Shown: in pieces, positions 52,736 through 62,777 of the stretch
How positions within the stretch are numbered: the first letter of the stretch is position 1
How the letters are laid out: every line of letters begins with the position of its first letter
Assembly (NCBI GenBank): GCA_022704525.1
Contig: JAKJGF010000001.1
Coordinates: 1 to 63,163, forward strand
DNA from: Bacillota bacterium
GTDB taxonomy: Bacteria > Vulcanimicrobiota > SpSt-956 > JAKJGF01
DNA: 63,163 nt
Reading direction: 5' to 3'
Notes under the pieces: model-generated
What the model was told of the DNA's origin: nothing
Database searches by the model: none
The model's input: the letters and a program-made list of their open reading frames with translations, nothing else
Translations under genes and position numbers: made by a program

Positions 52736-53248
52736 TTGATTATGGAAGATAAGCATATAGATGAAATAAGAAATTTGTTTTTGAAGGTTTATCACAAATT
52801 TTCATGTCAGACTCAGATATTAAAAAAAAGCTATGGTATAACAATTCATCAGGCAAATATCATTCTCTTGCTGAATAATAAAGAATGTATATCTATGACA
52901 GAATTAAGTGAAAGGGTTTATCTTAATAAAAGTACTGTCTCAGGTATTGTATTTCGTATGTTTAAAAAAGGATGGATCAATGTAGAGAGAGTTGAAAGTG
53001 ACAGGAGAAGATTGAAAATTACTCTTACAGAGGAGGGTAAAAATCTTGCTCAGTGGCTTGAAGCTTCTCAGGTATGGAATATATTTACCCCTATCGGTAA
53101 GCTTCCTGCAGAAAGAATAGAGTACCTTCTTATAGCACTGAAAGAACTGGTAGGCCATCTCGACTGGTCTCAACCTTCTTCTGAGGACGTGTTTTTAACT
53201 ATTGATGAACATATACACAGTTTTTTTGAGAAAAATATGAAAGAATAG
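52736..53248 (+). CDS. MarR-family transcriptional regulator
   Basis: Winged-helix segment ISMTELSERVYLNKSTVSGIVFRMFKKGWINVERVESDRRRLKITLTEEG. Confidence 0.8.
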   Translation: MIMEDKHIDEIRNLFLKVYHKFSCQTQILKKSYGITIHQANIILLLNNKECISMTELSERVYLNKSTVSGIVFRMFKKGWINVERVESDRRRLKITLTEEGKNLAQWLEASQVWNIFTPIGKLPAERIEYLLIALKELVGHLDWSQPSSEDVFLTIDEHIHSFFEKNMKE

Positions 53249-53320
53249 AGAGTCCTCTGCTAATACTTTGATTTAGAAAAAATAGCTAATACCATTTCGC
53301 TATCAAGTGTATTAAATTCA

Positions 53321-53700
53321 GCATTGAGGCTACTTAGTACCGCAACAGGTAAAAAAGTATCCAAAAAACATATACACCTGTCTCTGCCCGGGCTCTGGAG
53401 CAAAAGATATGCCGTCAAAGGAGAAAGTTATAATTTAAATAAATACAAAACTGTATATTTTGTAATAACAGATTTCATTGTAACAGGATCATAGATTTTG
53501 CGTAAGAGCCCGGACAGGGACAGACTTGTGAGATGGATACTAACTTGCCTGTTGCGGTACTTAGAAAAAATATGAATGCTTATACTTCTTATATCTGAGC
53601 AATATACTTTAAATTTCAATAGGGAATTAAGTTAAAACTTTCTTTAAGGACGCCATCTTTTTCTCCATAGCCTCAATGCCGGGTTTACTGTTTTGACTAA
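53321..53700. repeat. family B repeat copy interrupted by a family A element
   Basis: The left arm GCATTGAGGCTAC (53321-53333) and right part AAAAAATATGAATGCTTATACTTCTT...CCATAGCCTCAATGC (53565-53681) are contiguous in the 5341-5535 copy. Here they are separated by 233 bp. Confidence 0.65.
53332..53564 (+). mobile_element. family A MITE-like element, copy 2 (best preserved)
   Basis: CTTAG|TACCGCAACAGG...CCTGTTGCGGTA|CTTAG: 12-bp perfect terminal inverted repeats flanked by a direct CTTAG. It has nested inner inverted repeats (GTATCC/GGATAC; CTGTCTCTGCCCGGGCTCT/AGAGCCCGGACAGGGACAG). No protein-coding capacity; tracked ORF 53428-53619 is spurious. Confidence 0.65.
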
Positions 53701-53739
53701 CTATTATATAATATACATCCAGGTTAAAGCGAATCCGTA

Positions 53740-55359
53740 TTATATACTTTTGCATATTATAGCCAGAATCTGACTCGTTAAAATAATCCCTATAAGAGCT
53801 ACAGGATAAATAGATGCAAAAACCAGATCAGGTTCTTCCGATTCTGTTATACCGGAAATAATAGAAAGAGCAGGGGTACTGGTTATTGCTCCTGCGATAC
53901 AGGATAAACTGGTAATTAAATTCATTCGAAGATATCTTTGACTTACATATAGCATAGATGTCATAATGAGCAAGATAATAAATATTGAAGATAAAAGTAT
54001 TAAGATAACTGTAGAGAAATTCATAGCTATAAGTTCTGTCCCAGCTTTTTCTCCTATTCCTGCCAAGAAAAGACTCAATCCCAGTTCTTTTAACACATTT
54101 CTTGCAGCAGTTGTCATTTGACCTGTAAGAAAACCGAGTCTTCTAAAATAGGCAAGAATCATACCTACCAGTAGAGTTCCACCTGATGTTCCCAGCATAA
54201 AGGTTCCCATACGGCCAAGGGGAATATGAATACTCCCTATAATCATACCGATGGCTATACCAAAGGCCATAGAAAGAAAATCCACTTCTCCTATTTTTTT
54301 CTCTTCTTTACCGAGGAATGCAACAAGTCTATCGAGATTATTTTTCTTTCCTGAAACTATAAGAGAATCACCAATGTCCAGAATAAAATTTTTTGTTGGC
54401 GCAAATTCTATACCGCCCCTCCAGATCCTTGTAATTACAGCATGATAATTCTGTGTTATACCCAGTTGCATAAGGGGCACTTCATGAAGAGAAGGGTTTG
54501 TTATAAGAATCTGTCTATTCTCAACAAGGGGATTTATATCCATGTCATCATAGGTTATATTACCGAGAAGCCTGTGTACCATTTCGAGTGATTTTGCTTC
54601 TCCTACTGCCAGAACTACATCACCCTTTTTAAAAGTTGTCTCAGGCCCCGGTACAAGGAGTTTCCCTTTTCTTTTTAATTTTTCAAGAGTACATCCTGTT
54701 TTTCCTCTTATATCAAGTTCTTTTATTTTTTTCCCTGCTATTTCAGGATTTTCCACCATAAATTTTCTGGAAATTAAAGAAGGATGTTCTTCTTTTATTT
54801 TATTTTTTTCTTCTAAAGCTTCTTTATGGAGATCTTTTTTTAATATAGAGGGAATAATCTGAACAAACAGAAGGGGAGCCAGAAGACCCAGAGGAAATAC
54901 AATACTGTAAGCAGCAAGCATGGGACCTTTCCATCCACTTTCTATAAGTATGGCAAGAGATGAGGCACTTGTAAGAGTGCCTGTAAATATACCGAGACTT
55001 ATCTCAGTGGGAAAATTAAAGATGTATCCTGTTAAAAGAGAGCCTGCAAGACCACTTATACAGAGTACCAGAGTAATCAAGAGATAGGGTATTCCCTTTC
55101 TGCCCAGAAGATTAAAAAATCTTACCCCTCCCTGGATTCCTATGACATACATGAAAATAGCCAGGCCGAAGATAGTTATAAAATCTGATGTTTTTAAGTC
55201 TGCTATACCACAAATAAGCCCTGTAAAAAATATACCTGAATTTCCTAAAGAAAAGCCTTTGATTTTAACTCTTCCCAGAGCAAGTCCCAGAAAAAGAACT
55301 GAAAAAGTAATAAAAACAGGTTCCGAAAGTATATGTTTCAGAAACATTATATTCTCCAA
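53740..55359 (-). CDS. YidE/YbjL-type (AAE family) transporter with two central TrkA-C/RCK-C domains
   Basis: 539 aa with two hydrophobic halves flanking two soluble repeats (DIRGKTGCTLEKLKRKGKLLVPGPETTFKKGDVVLAVG; ITRIWRGGIEFAPTKNFILDIGDSLIVSG). Confidence 0.7.
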   Translation of the reverse strand: MENIMFLKHILSEPVFITFSVLFLGLALGRVKIKGFSLGNSGIFFTGLICGIADLKTSDFITIFGLAIFMYVIGIQGGVRFFNLLGRKGIPYLLITLVLCISGLAGSLLTGYIFNFPTEISLGIFTGTLTSASSLAILIESGWKGPMLAAYSIVFPLGLLAPLLFVQIIPSILKKDLHKEALEEKNKIKEEHPSLISRKFMVENPEIAGKKIKELDIRGKTGCTLEKLKRKGKLLVPGPETTFKKGDVVLAVGEAKSLEMVHRLLGNITYDDMDINPLVENRQILITNPSLHEVPLMQLGITQNYHAVITRIWRGGIEFAPTKNFILDIGDSLIVSGKKNNLDRLVAFLGKEEKKIGEVDFLSMAFGIAIGMIIGSIHIPLGRMGTFMLGTSGGTLLVGMILAYFRRLGFLTGQMTTAARNVLKELGLSLFLAGIGEKAGTELIAMNFSTVILILLSSIFIILLIMTSMLYVSQRYLRMNLITSLSCIAGAITSTPALSIISGITESEEPDLVFASIYPVALIGIILTSQILAIICKSI

Positions 55360-55529
55360 TATAATTTTTATTTCAGAATTGACCTATTGCCGGTTGATTG
55401 CATGCCCATTTCAAGATTTTTAAAAATAATCCTGTAATCAGGCCAATAATTACTCCTCCCGATATTGACAGGAGAGTTAATTTACTGATAGTGTCAATTA
55501 CTGATTCCTTTCTTTTTTCTTTATAATGA

Positions 55530-58500
55530 TTATGAAAAAACATGGTTTTTTATCACCTCCAGAAAAGATTTGATTTGATATGGTTTCTGGATAAAAGCAT
55601 TAAAGCCATTGTCTTTAAACTGCCTGAAGGCTTCTTCAGGACTGTATGCACTGGATAGAATAACTTTTATATCGGATTGAATTTTGCGAAGTTCCTGTAG
55701 AGTTTCTTTTCCGTCCATAACAGGCATGGTCATATCTAAAAGGACACCGGAAATCTTCTCCCTTCGGGTTTTAAATATCTCTAATCCTTCCTGACCGTTA
55801 CATGCAGTTAAAACCGTAAACCCTGCTCTTTTCAGAAAGGCTTTAGCTATCATACGAATATCTGCCTCATCATCTACCACCAGGAAAGTCCCACTGCCCT
55901 TCCAGTTGCTCATTTCATCTGTCTTATGAGGAGTTTCTTCTGAAATACTCTTTAGCACAGGAAATAATACTCTTATTTTTGTTCCTTTTCCTGCTTCACT
56001 GTATACTTTAATTGAACCTTTATGACTTTTTGTAATACCCAGGACTGATGCCATACCAAGACCACGTCCTACAAATTTAGTAGTGAAAAAGGGGTCAAAG
56101 ATTTTATTTCGAACTTCTTCTGTCATACCGCTTCCTGTGTCTTCTATCTCTAAATATACATAAAGTCCTCCCTGTAGATTTTCTTTAAGATAAGTTTCAG
56201 TCAGATAGAGTGGATCACAGACCATTCTACCTGTAGATAGAGTAATAATACCGTTATTATCTCCTATAGCCTCAGAAGAATTGATAACAAGATTCATAAT
56301 AATCTGACGAATTTGAGTAACATCACCTTCTATGGAGGGAATATCTTCTGAAAGGTTATATTTCAGTGTGCATTTTTTGGATATTGAGATCTTAACTAAT
56401 TGTTCCATTTCCCTGCTTAATAAGGAGAGGTTTATTTTTTCCTTTACAAAACTTCCTTTTCCAGTATAAGCAAGTATCTGTTTTGTTATATCAGCTGCCC
56501 GATGTCCTGATTTTATAATTTCTTTTATATTATCCTGAGCCTCAGAATCTGGTGGTAAATCCAGAAGAGTCAGTTCGGCATAACCAAGTAATCCTGTAAG
56601 TATATTATTAAAATCATGAGCTATACCTGCGGCCATTATACCCAGACTTTCAAGTTTCTGTGATTGGTAGATTTGATCTTCCATTTTTCTACGTTCTTCT
56701 GTGGCTAATTTGCGTTCCAGTACATTTACAAAGATTTCTCCTACAAGTTTAAGTAATCTTATATCTTCTTTTTTCCAGGTTTTTTCTTCTCCTGCTTTAT
56801 TGAATCCTAGAGCGCCAATAAGAGATTGACTCAGAACCATTGGGATGGCAAGATCTGCCATACAGGCAAATTCTTCCCATATTATTTTTTCTCCCTTAAT
56901 ATTGAGCTGGAAATCTGTAATAAAGTTCTGTACAGACTTTTCAGACTTCGGTATGAAACCTTCTTTGCACCATCTATAAGATTTTTCAATCTTTTTTAAA
57001 TCCTTTGAAAAGAGATTAACATAACAGTAATGAACATCTACAAATTTTCCTATAGTTTCCAGGGAATTATTTATTTCTCTATCTATCTCATCTATTGTAA
57101 TATTTATAAAACGGGTTGACAGTCTGGTAACAAGTTCTTCCACAGCAAGTCTGTAATGTAATTCTTCTTCATATTTCCTGCGTTCAGTAATATCCATTAC
57201 AACAGCAAAAGAATCTGAAAAATTTCTTCCTTCATCATTAACAGATGATGCAGAAAAGATGGTATAAATTTTCTTCCCATCTTTTCGTTTTAATTCTAAT
57301 TCAAAGAGTTTAGAGGAATTTTCTTTCAGATATTCAAAATTTCCTTTACTTTCTTCATTTATGAAGTCCAGGAGATTAGTGCCTATTATTTCTTTTTGAG
57401 AGTATCCAAGGATATTGCTTATTTTTGGATTGGCAAATGTTATATTTCCATGTTTATCAAAGGCCAGAATCCCTTCTTGAGCCTGTTCAACAAGTCTTCG
57501 ATATTGTTCTTCACTTTTTTGAAGAGATTTTTCTACTTCCTGTCGCTTTAATTCGCGTTTTTCCAGAGCTTCTGCCATATTATCGAAAGATTTTGCCAGC
57601 TGCCCCAGTTCGTCTTCTGTATGTGTCAGATCTGTTCTGGCGTTAAGATTACCCAGACCTACCTTAAGAGAAGCAAGTAAAAGTTTTTTAAATCGTTTGA
57701 CTATAATAAGATTGCCGAATATCCATGCAAGAAACATTGTAATAACCATAGAAAAAATTAGTAATATAACATTACGTGTTAGGATATAATTTACTTCTGA
57801 AAGAGCCTGTCCTGCCGGTATGCCGACTCTTATGAAAAGATATGGATCTTTACTGCCTTTAATATATAATCTTTTATAGGCATAAAGTCTTTTTACTCCA
57901 TCAAGACTTGTTTTCAGAAAAGTACCTTCCTCTTGTTCTCCTTCCATTTTCTCCTGTATTATATTCATCTCTTTCTTACCTTCATAATTATTTTCTGAAG
58001 GAAAATAGTGGAGTATTATTCCATTAGGATCAAGTAAAATCAAATTTGAGCCTTCTGGCAGTTCACTCTGTAAGAAAGACAGGGCGTATAGATCAATGTT
58101 AAGATATATGACTATTACTCCATCTATGTTTTTTCCATCACTACTTATTGGATAGGCAAAAGGAACAACAGATTTTTCATGAATATTATCTTTTATGTAT
58201 TCACCTGTAGAAAAAGTTTTTGTTTCTAGTGCCTCTTTAAAATAGTTGCTTTGGGAAATATTAAATCTTTCTTCATTTGAAGCAGATGCCCATACTTCTC
58301 CCCGGTGATCTGTAATAATAATATTTTTATAAAAGGAGTTTTCTTTCATGAGATTATGTAAAATCTTACTGGCTTCAATTTCATTTTTATTTTGAACAAC
58401 AGGTATGTGAGAGAGTGTTATAAGCAATTGGCGGATATTTTCAGTAATCTGTTCTTCCTGTATTGCAATATTTCTTACTAACTGGAGAGTACTGTAATTT

Positions 58501-58658
58501 GCATTCTTAAATGCAAGATTTCGTCTTTCCAGTCCTGTGTAAAAGAGTATGGCAATTACAGGAAAGGCAGATAGAATGACGAGTAACAGTAAATATGTTC
58601 TGAGTGATAAAGTAAGAAAACGTCTCATTTTGATATTTTTTCCTTTTCTCTTCTGCAA
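55530..58658 (-). CDS. hybrid sensor histidine kinase (periplasmic Cache-like, HAMP, PAS, GAF-like, HisKA, HATPase, receiver)
   Basis: Two TM helices flank a ~270-aa extracytoplasmic domain. H-box GIAHDFNNIL. N/G boxes MNLVINSSEA, DTGSGM, GRGLGM. C-terminal receiver VVDDE...LLDMTMPVMDG...K. Confidence 0.88.
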   Translation of the reverse strand: MQKRKGKNIKMRRFLTLSLRTYLLLLVILSAFPVIAILFYTGLERRNLAFKNANYSTLQLVRNIAIQEEQITENIRQLLITLSHIPVVQNKNEIEASKILHNLMKENSFYKNIIITDHRGEVWASASNEERFNISQSNYFKEALETKTFSTGEYIKDNIHEKSVVPFAYPISSDGKNIDGVIVIYLNIDLYALSFLQSELPEGSNLILLDPNGIILHYFPSENNYEGKKEMNIIQEKMEGEQEEGTFLKTSLDGVKRLYAYKRLYIKGSKDPYLFIRVGIPAGQALSEVNYILTRNVILLIFSMVITMFLAWIFGNLIIVKRFKKLLLASLKVGLGNLNARTDLTHTEDELGQLAKSFDNMAEALEKRELKRQEVEKSLQKSEEQYRRLVEQAQEGILAFDKHGNITFANPKISNILGYSQKEIIGTNLLDFINEESKGNFEYLKENSSKLFELELKRKDGKKIYTIFSASSVNDEGRNFSDSFAVVMDITERRKYEEELHYRLAVEELVTRLSTRFINITIDEIDREINNSLETIGKFVDVHYCYVNLFSKDLKKIEKSYRWCKEGFIPKSEKSVQNFITDFQLNIKGEKIIWEEFACMADLAIPMVLSQSLIGALGFNKAGEEKTWKKEDIRLLKLVGEIFVNVLERKLATEERRKMEDQIYQSQKLESLGIMAAGIAHDFNNILTGLLGYAELTLLDLPPDSEAQDNIKEIIKSGHRAADITKQILAYTGKGSFVKEKINLSLLSREMEQLVKISISKKCTLKYNLSEDIPSIEGDVTQIRQIIMNLVINSSEAIGDNNGIITLSTGRMVCDPLYLTETYLKENLQGGLYVYLEIEDTGSGMTEEVRNKIFDPFFTTKFVGRGLGMASVLGITKSHKGSIKVYSEAGKGTKIRVLFPVLKSISEETPHKTDEMSNWKGSGTFLVVDDEADIRMIAKAFLKRAGFTVLTACNGQEGLEIFKTRREKISGVLLDMTMPVMDGKETLQELRKIQSDIKVILSSAYSPEEAFRQFKDNGFNAFIQKPYQIKSFLEVIKNHVFS

Positions 58659-58788
58659 TGAATGATTTCATAATAATTGCCATAACATTCTTTCTGTGTG
58701 AGATAAATAAATTACAGATTCTTATAAAACTAACTATATATAGTGACTCTTATGTTATAATAAAAAATTGTTTCAATAGAAACTACCC

Positions 58789-58844
58789 GTATAGTTTATA
58801 ATAAAAATAGTTTCTATACAAACTATTTTTATTATAAACTATAC
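58789..58844. promoter_or_regulatory. 56-bp perfect palindrome in the divergent promoter region
   Basis: GTATAGTTTATAATAAAAATAGTTT-CTATAC-AAACTATTTTTATTATAAACTATAC: 25-bp arms with no mismatch. Confidence 0.5.
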
Positions 58845-58993
58845 ATAAAAATATGTCAATATTCAATTGTTGAAGGGAAATCCTTCAATTAAGAGAATAA
58901 ATTGTATATTTTAACTTTATAAAGCTATCTGCAGTCAGCTATCAGCTTAAGGGAAAATGCTGAAAGCCGAAAGCTAATAAAGGAGTGAGAAAA

Positions 58994-59464
58994 ATGATAC
59001 TTAAACATTACATGAAAGATGTAATTAGTGTTAAAGCTTCTACCACAGTCCGGGAAGCAGCATCTCTGATAATTGAAAAACGTGCCGGTACACTTCCTGT
59101 GGTTGATGATAACAATACTCTTATAGGAGTAGTAAGACTGCCCAATCTTTTAAAGGTATTTATGCCTAATTTTGTTTCTTTACTGGATAATATTGATTTT
59201 GTTGTTGATTTTGGTTCTCTTGAAGAGCTTCATTTTAAAGATATACCTGAAATAGAAAATATTACTATGAAAAAAATCATGGAAAAACCTGTCCTTATAT
59301 ATGAAGATTGTGGATTACTCAGAGCCTTTGCTATTATGGATAAATATAATTTTATGGATTTACTCATTGTAGATAAAAAAAGTCGTCTTGTAGGGATTGC
59401 TTCGAGAGTCGATATTGCAGCAGGATTTCTTTCTGCTTCTATGAACGGAGGAACTTTAACATGA
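58994..59464 (+). CDS. CBS-domain pair protein
   Basis: AAAGGAG lies 8 nt upstream of ATG 58994 (tracked ORF starts at GTG 58985). Two CBS units (GTLPVVDDNNTLIGVV...; MDLLIVDKKSRLVGIASRVDI). Overlaps the next gene by 4 nt. Confidence 0.8.
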   Translation: MILKHYMKDVISVKASTTVREAASLIIEKRAGTLPVVDDNNTLIGVVRLPNLLKVFMPNFVSLLDNIDFVVDFGSLEELHFKDIPEIENITMKKIMEKPVLIYEDCGLLRAFAIMDKYNFMDLLIVDKKSRLVGIASRVDIAAGFLSASMNGGTLT

Positions 59465-60756
59465 CACTGCCTCAGATTATTGCTCTTGTAATTTTTATTC
59501 TGACCTTTGTCCTCCTTTTGACTGAAAAGGTTCATCGTACTATTGCAGCCATGCTTGGCGCTTCTGTAATGGTTGCAACAGGGATAATTATGAAGTTTTA
59601 TTTTGCAGAAGATGCACTCCATACAGTGGATTTTGAAACACTGGGACTTCTTCTTGGTATGATGATCCTGGTAAGACTCCTTCAGCAGACAGGTTTTTTT
59701 CAGTATGCAGCAATCGTAACTGCTAAAAAATCCCGGGGGAATGCCTGGTTTTTACTTGTCTTTCTCGGTGCCACTACATCGGTGATATCTATGTTTCTGG
59801 ATAATGTTACTACAGTTGTTTTGATTGCTCCTGTAACAATATTAATAGCTGAAATGCTGCATATAAGCCCTGTACCTTTCCTCATGGCAGAAGCTATGTT
59901 ATCAAACATAGGTGGAGTTGCTACTCTTGTGGGAGATCCTCCCAATGTTATTATTGCAACTGTAACAAAATTTACTTTCCTGGATTTTATTACTCATCTG
60001 GCTCCCATGTCTCTTATAGCATGGGTTGTTACATTGATTGTTTTCAGAATTGTATTTCGTAAAGAACTTTCTCTAAAACCTAAAAATATAAAAGGACTTA
60101 TGAGTCTTGATGAAGGTAAAGCCCTTAAAGATCCGAAAAATGCCAGAATAATATTAATTGTTCTCAGTTTTGTAATAATATTTTTCTTTTTACAGGGATT
60201 ACTCCATCTTACCCCTGCCTTTATAGCTCTTGCAGGAGCTTCCCTTGCTCTGTTAATTGTCCGTCCCCCTATGGAAGAAACTATAAGTCATGTTGAGTGG
60301 AATGTACTTTTGTTTTTTGCTTCTCTTTTTATCTGTGTGGGAGGGTTAAAGTTTTCCGGTTTACTTGAACTGTTTTCTTCCGGTATAGTGGGACTTGCAA
60401 GAGAAAATCTTCTACTTGCAGATATACTTTTACTCTGGGTAGGAGCAATAGCTTCCGGTATTATAGATAATATTCCCTTTACTATAGCCATGGTTCCTGT
60501 GATTCAAAATCTTGAAGAGCTGGGCATCTGTGTCTCTTCTCTCTGGTGGGCACTGGCTCTTGGTGTTGGCTTTGGAGGTAATGCCACACCTATTGGGTCT
60601 ACGGCAAATGTGATAATTGTGTCTTTAAGTGAAAAAACTAAAAAGCCCATTACTTTTGGTCTCTGGCTTCGTATCGGCATTCCTGTAATGCTATTGACCT
60701 GTTTTTTTATAAGCCTATTATTTATTATTTTCTTTAAATGGATGAATACGCCGTAA
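59461..60756 (+). CDS. ArsB/NhaD-superfamily (CitMHS-like) permease
   Basis: 431 aa with ~11 TM helices. Motifs LDNVTTVVLIAPV and GGNATPIGSTANV are typical of this ion-transporter superfamily. Confidence 0.7.
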   Translation: MTLPQIIALVIFILTFVLLLTEKVHRTIAAMLGASVMVATGIIMKFYFAEDALHTVDFETLGLLLGMMILVRLLQQTGFFQYAAIVTAKKSRGNAWFLLVFLGATTSVISMFLDNVTTVVLIAPVTILIAEMLHISPVPFLMAEAMLSNIGGVATLVGDPPNVIIATVTKFTFLDFITHLAPMSLIAWVVTLIVFRIVFRKELSLKPKNIKGLMSLDEGKALKDPKNARIILIVLSFVIIFFFLQGLLHLTPAFIALAGASLALLIVRPPMEETISHVEWNVLLFFASLFICVGGLKFSGLLELFSSGIVGLARENLLLADILLLWVGAIASGIIDNIPFTIAMVPVIQNLEELGICVSSLWWALALGVGFGGNATPIGSTANVIIVSLSEKTKKPITFGLWLRIGIPVMLLTCFFISLLFIIFFKWMNTP

Positions 60757-60837
60757 ATTTGAATTATCTATCAACGTTTATCTTTTTTGCTTATACCTGA
60801 CTGCTAATAGATTTTGAGAGGAGGTATTTAATAAAAA

Positions 60838-61005
60838 ATGAAAAAACAAATATACTCAGGTATCAGAGATTTAAGATGGGGTTATAATGGTGAAGGAGAA
60901 ATTATTCCTTCAAAAAAGGAAGATATAGAAATAGAATGGAATCAGCTAAAAAAATTGACAGAATTATCTATAACGGCAAAGGAGGTTTCCCTTTTTAAAG
61001 AATAA
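60838..61005 (+). CDS. possible small protein (55 aa), not in the ORF track
   Basis: The ATG is preceded by GAGAGGAGG. It encodes MKKQIYSGIRDLRWGYNGEGEIIPSKKEDIEIEWNQLKKLTELSITAKEVSLFKE. There is no homology evidence. Confidence 0.35.
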   Translation: MKKQIYSGIRDLRWGYNGEGEIIPSKKEDIEIEWNQLKKLTELSITAKEVSLFKE

Positions 61006-61041
61006 GTTAATAAATAATTATATCATTAAGGGTGATAAGAA

Positions 61042-62730
61042 ATGAGCTTTTTAGGTCTTCATATAGATATTACTCCTGAAAGGCGCCAGGAAATATATGA
61101 GAGTATAGCTGAGATTTCTGCTCCTACAGTTACCTTTTATGTAATGGTTGCTCTTTCCACTACAATAGCTGCTTATGGACTTCTTGCAAACAGTACTGCT
61201 GTAGTAATAGGAGCTATGCTTGTAGCACCCCTCATGGGAGCAATTTTTGGTATGGCTCTCGGTCTGTCCTCAGATGATAAGAGTCTTCTGTGGAAATCTA
61301 CTGTAGCAGCAGTAATGGGGGCTCTTCTTGCAATATTACTGGGTGCTCTCATTGGCTTAATACCTCTCAGAATGGCCTTTGGGGCAGAAATATTTGCAAG
61401 AACAAAGCCCACCATTTATGATTTGATTATAGCCCTTGCTTCAGGACTTGCAGGTGCCTATGCTCTTGTAAATGAAAAGGTAAGTCCTGCTCTTCCCGGA
61501 GTTGCAATTGCTACTGCCCTTGTACCCCCTCTTACTACCTGTGGCTTATGTTTTTCAATAGCAAGATGGGATCTTTCCCTGGGAGCTTTTTTACTTTTTC
61601 TTGCCAACTTTCTTGCCATTGAGATTGCTGCTGCCATAGTATTTAATCTCTTTGGAATAACAGAGGTGAAAGCAAGGCAAAAACTTGGAATAATAAAATT
61701 TATAAAATGCTTCTGGCTGAAAATAATTATCCTGATCCTGGTGGCAGGTTTTATGACAGAAACTCTTACAGGGCTTATTTCAGAACAGAGATTTGAAAGA
61801 CAGGTTCGTTCTGTAGTTATTAGTAATCTTAGTTCTATTATTGGAGCAAGATTATCAGATATGAATATTGAAAAGAAGAAAGATGGTTCTATAGAAGTTA
61901 TGGCAACAGTTCTGACTCATTATGAATTTACTCCCTCTCAGGTTGATGATATAGAGAAATCTCTTAAAGAGAAAGTGAATAATAATATAAACCTTATAAT
62001 CCGCTCTCTTATTTCTAAAGATGCAGACAGAAAGGGCCCCGTATTTATAAGTGAAGAAGAACTCAGGCGTAATAAGGAAGAAATACTTCGTAAAGAAGAA
62101 GAAGTAAAAAAACGACAGGAGGCAGAGGAACAGGCAAAATTCCTTCAGAATATAGCAGGAATTATAAGTAAAGATCTGGAGAAAATTTCCGGCGCCCAGA
62201 TAATAGATATACTCAGAGGTCACCATAAAGATGTTCTCTTTATACTTGTATCAGTTCAAACACCTGAAGTTATAAATCCTGAACTTGTAGCTTCTATAAA
62301 TGAAAATATTCAGAAAGAAACGGGTAAAGAAATTTATCTTGTAATAAGATCAATTATTACGGTTGATGCAGATGCTAAAAAGTTTGTATATGAAAAAGAG
62401 CATGAAGTAAAGCCAGAGGATGTGATTCTCTGGGAAAAGAGACTGGAACAGGCACTAAAAAATCAGCTCAAAGAGATTAAAGGTGCAAGTCTTATAGAAT
62501 ATCATTATGTAAAAGAAAAAAAGACTATAAAAATTTTTGCCATAGTGAGAACACCTGTTAATATAAAACCGGAACAGGTAAAAAATATAGAGAAAAATCT
62601 GCGTAAATATATATCACCTCAGATTAATCTTGTAGTAAGATCTGTTGTGGGGACTGATACAGGTTCGGAAGGATATATACCCTATTATGATGAGAGTAAG
62701 TTTTTCCCTGAAGAAGAACCGGTAAAGTAA
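61042..62730 (+). CDS. DUF389-type membrane protein with long repetitive soluble C-terminal region
   Basis: N-terminal ~230 aa hydrophobic region with AVVIGAMLVAPLMGAIFGMALGL and ALPGVAIATALVPPL, as in the DUF389/TIGR00341 family. The C-terminus has internally similar I.LV(I/V)RS..(S/T).DAD units. Confidence 0.6.
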   Translation: MSFLGLHIDITPERRQEIYESIAEISAPTVTFYVMVALSTTIAAYGLLANSTAVVIGAMLVAPLMGAIFGMALGLSSDDKSLLWKSTVAAVMGALLAILLGALIGLIPLRMAFGAEIFARTKPTIYDLIIALASGLAGAYALVNEKVSPALPGVAIATALVPPLTTCGLCFSIARWDLSLGAFLLFLANFLAIEIAAAIVFNLFGITEVKARQKLGIIKFIKCFWLKIIILILVAGFMTETLTGLISEQRFERQVRSVVISNLSSIIGARLSDMNIEKKKDGSIEVMATVLTHYEFTPSQVDDIEKSLKEKVNNNINLIIRSLISKDADRKGPVFISEEELRRNKEEILRKEEEVKKRQEAEEQAKFLQNIAGIISKDLEKISGAQIIDILRGHHKDVLFILVSVQTPEVINPELVASINENIQKETGKEIYLVIRSIITVDADAKKFVYEKEHEVKPEDVILWEKRLEQALKNQLKEIKGASLIEYHYVKEKKTIKIFAIVRTPVNIKPEQVKNIEKNLRKYISPQINLVVRSVVGTDTGSEGYIPYYDESKFFPEEEPVK

Positions 62731-62777
62731 TAGACTATACTTTTGCAGATTTCTTAAAAACAGTTGTAATTCTTAAA

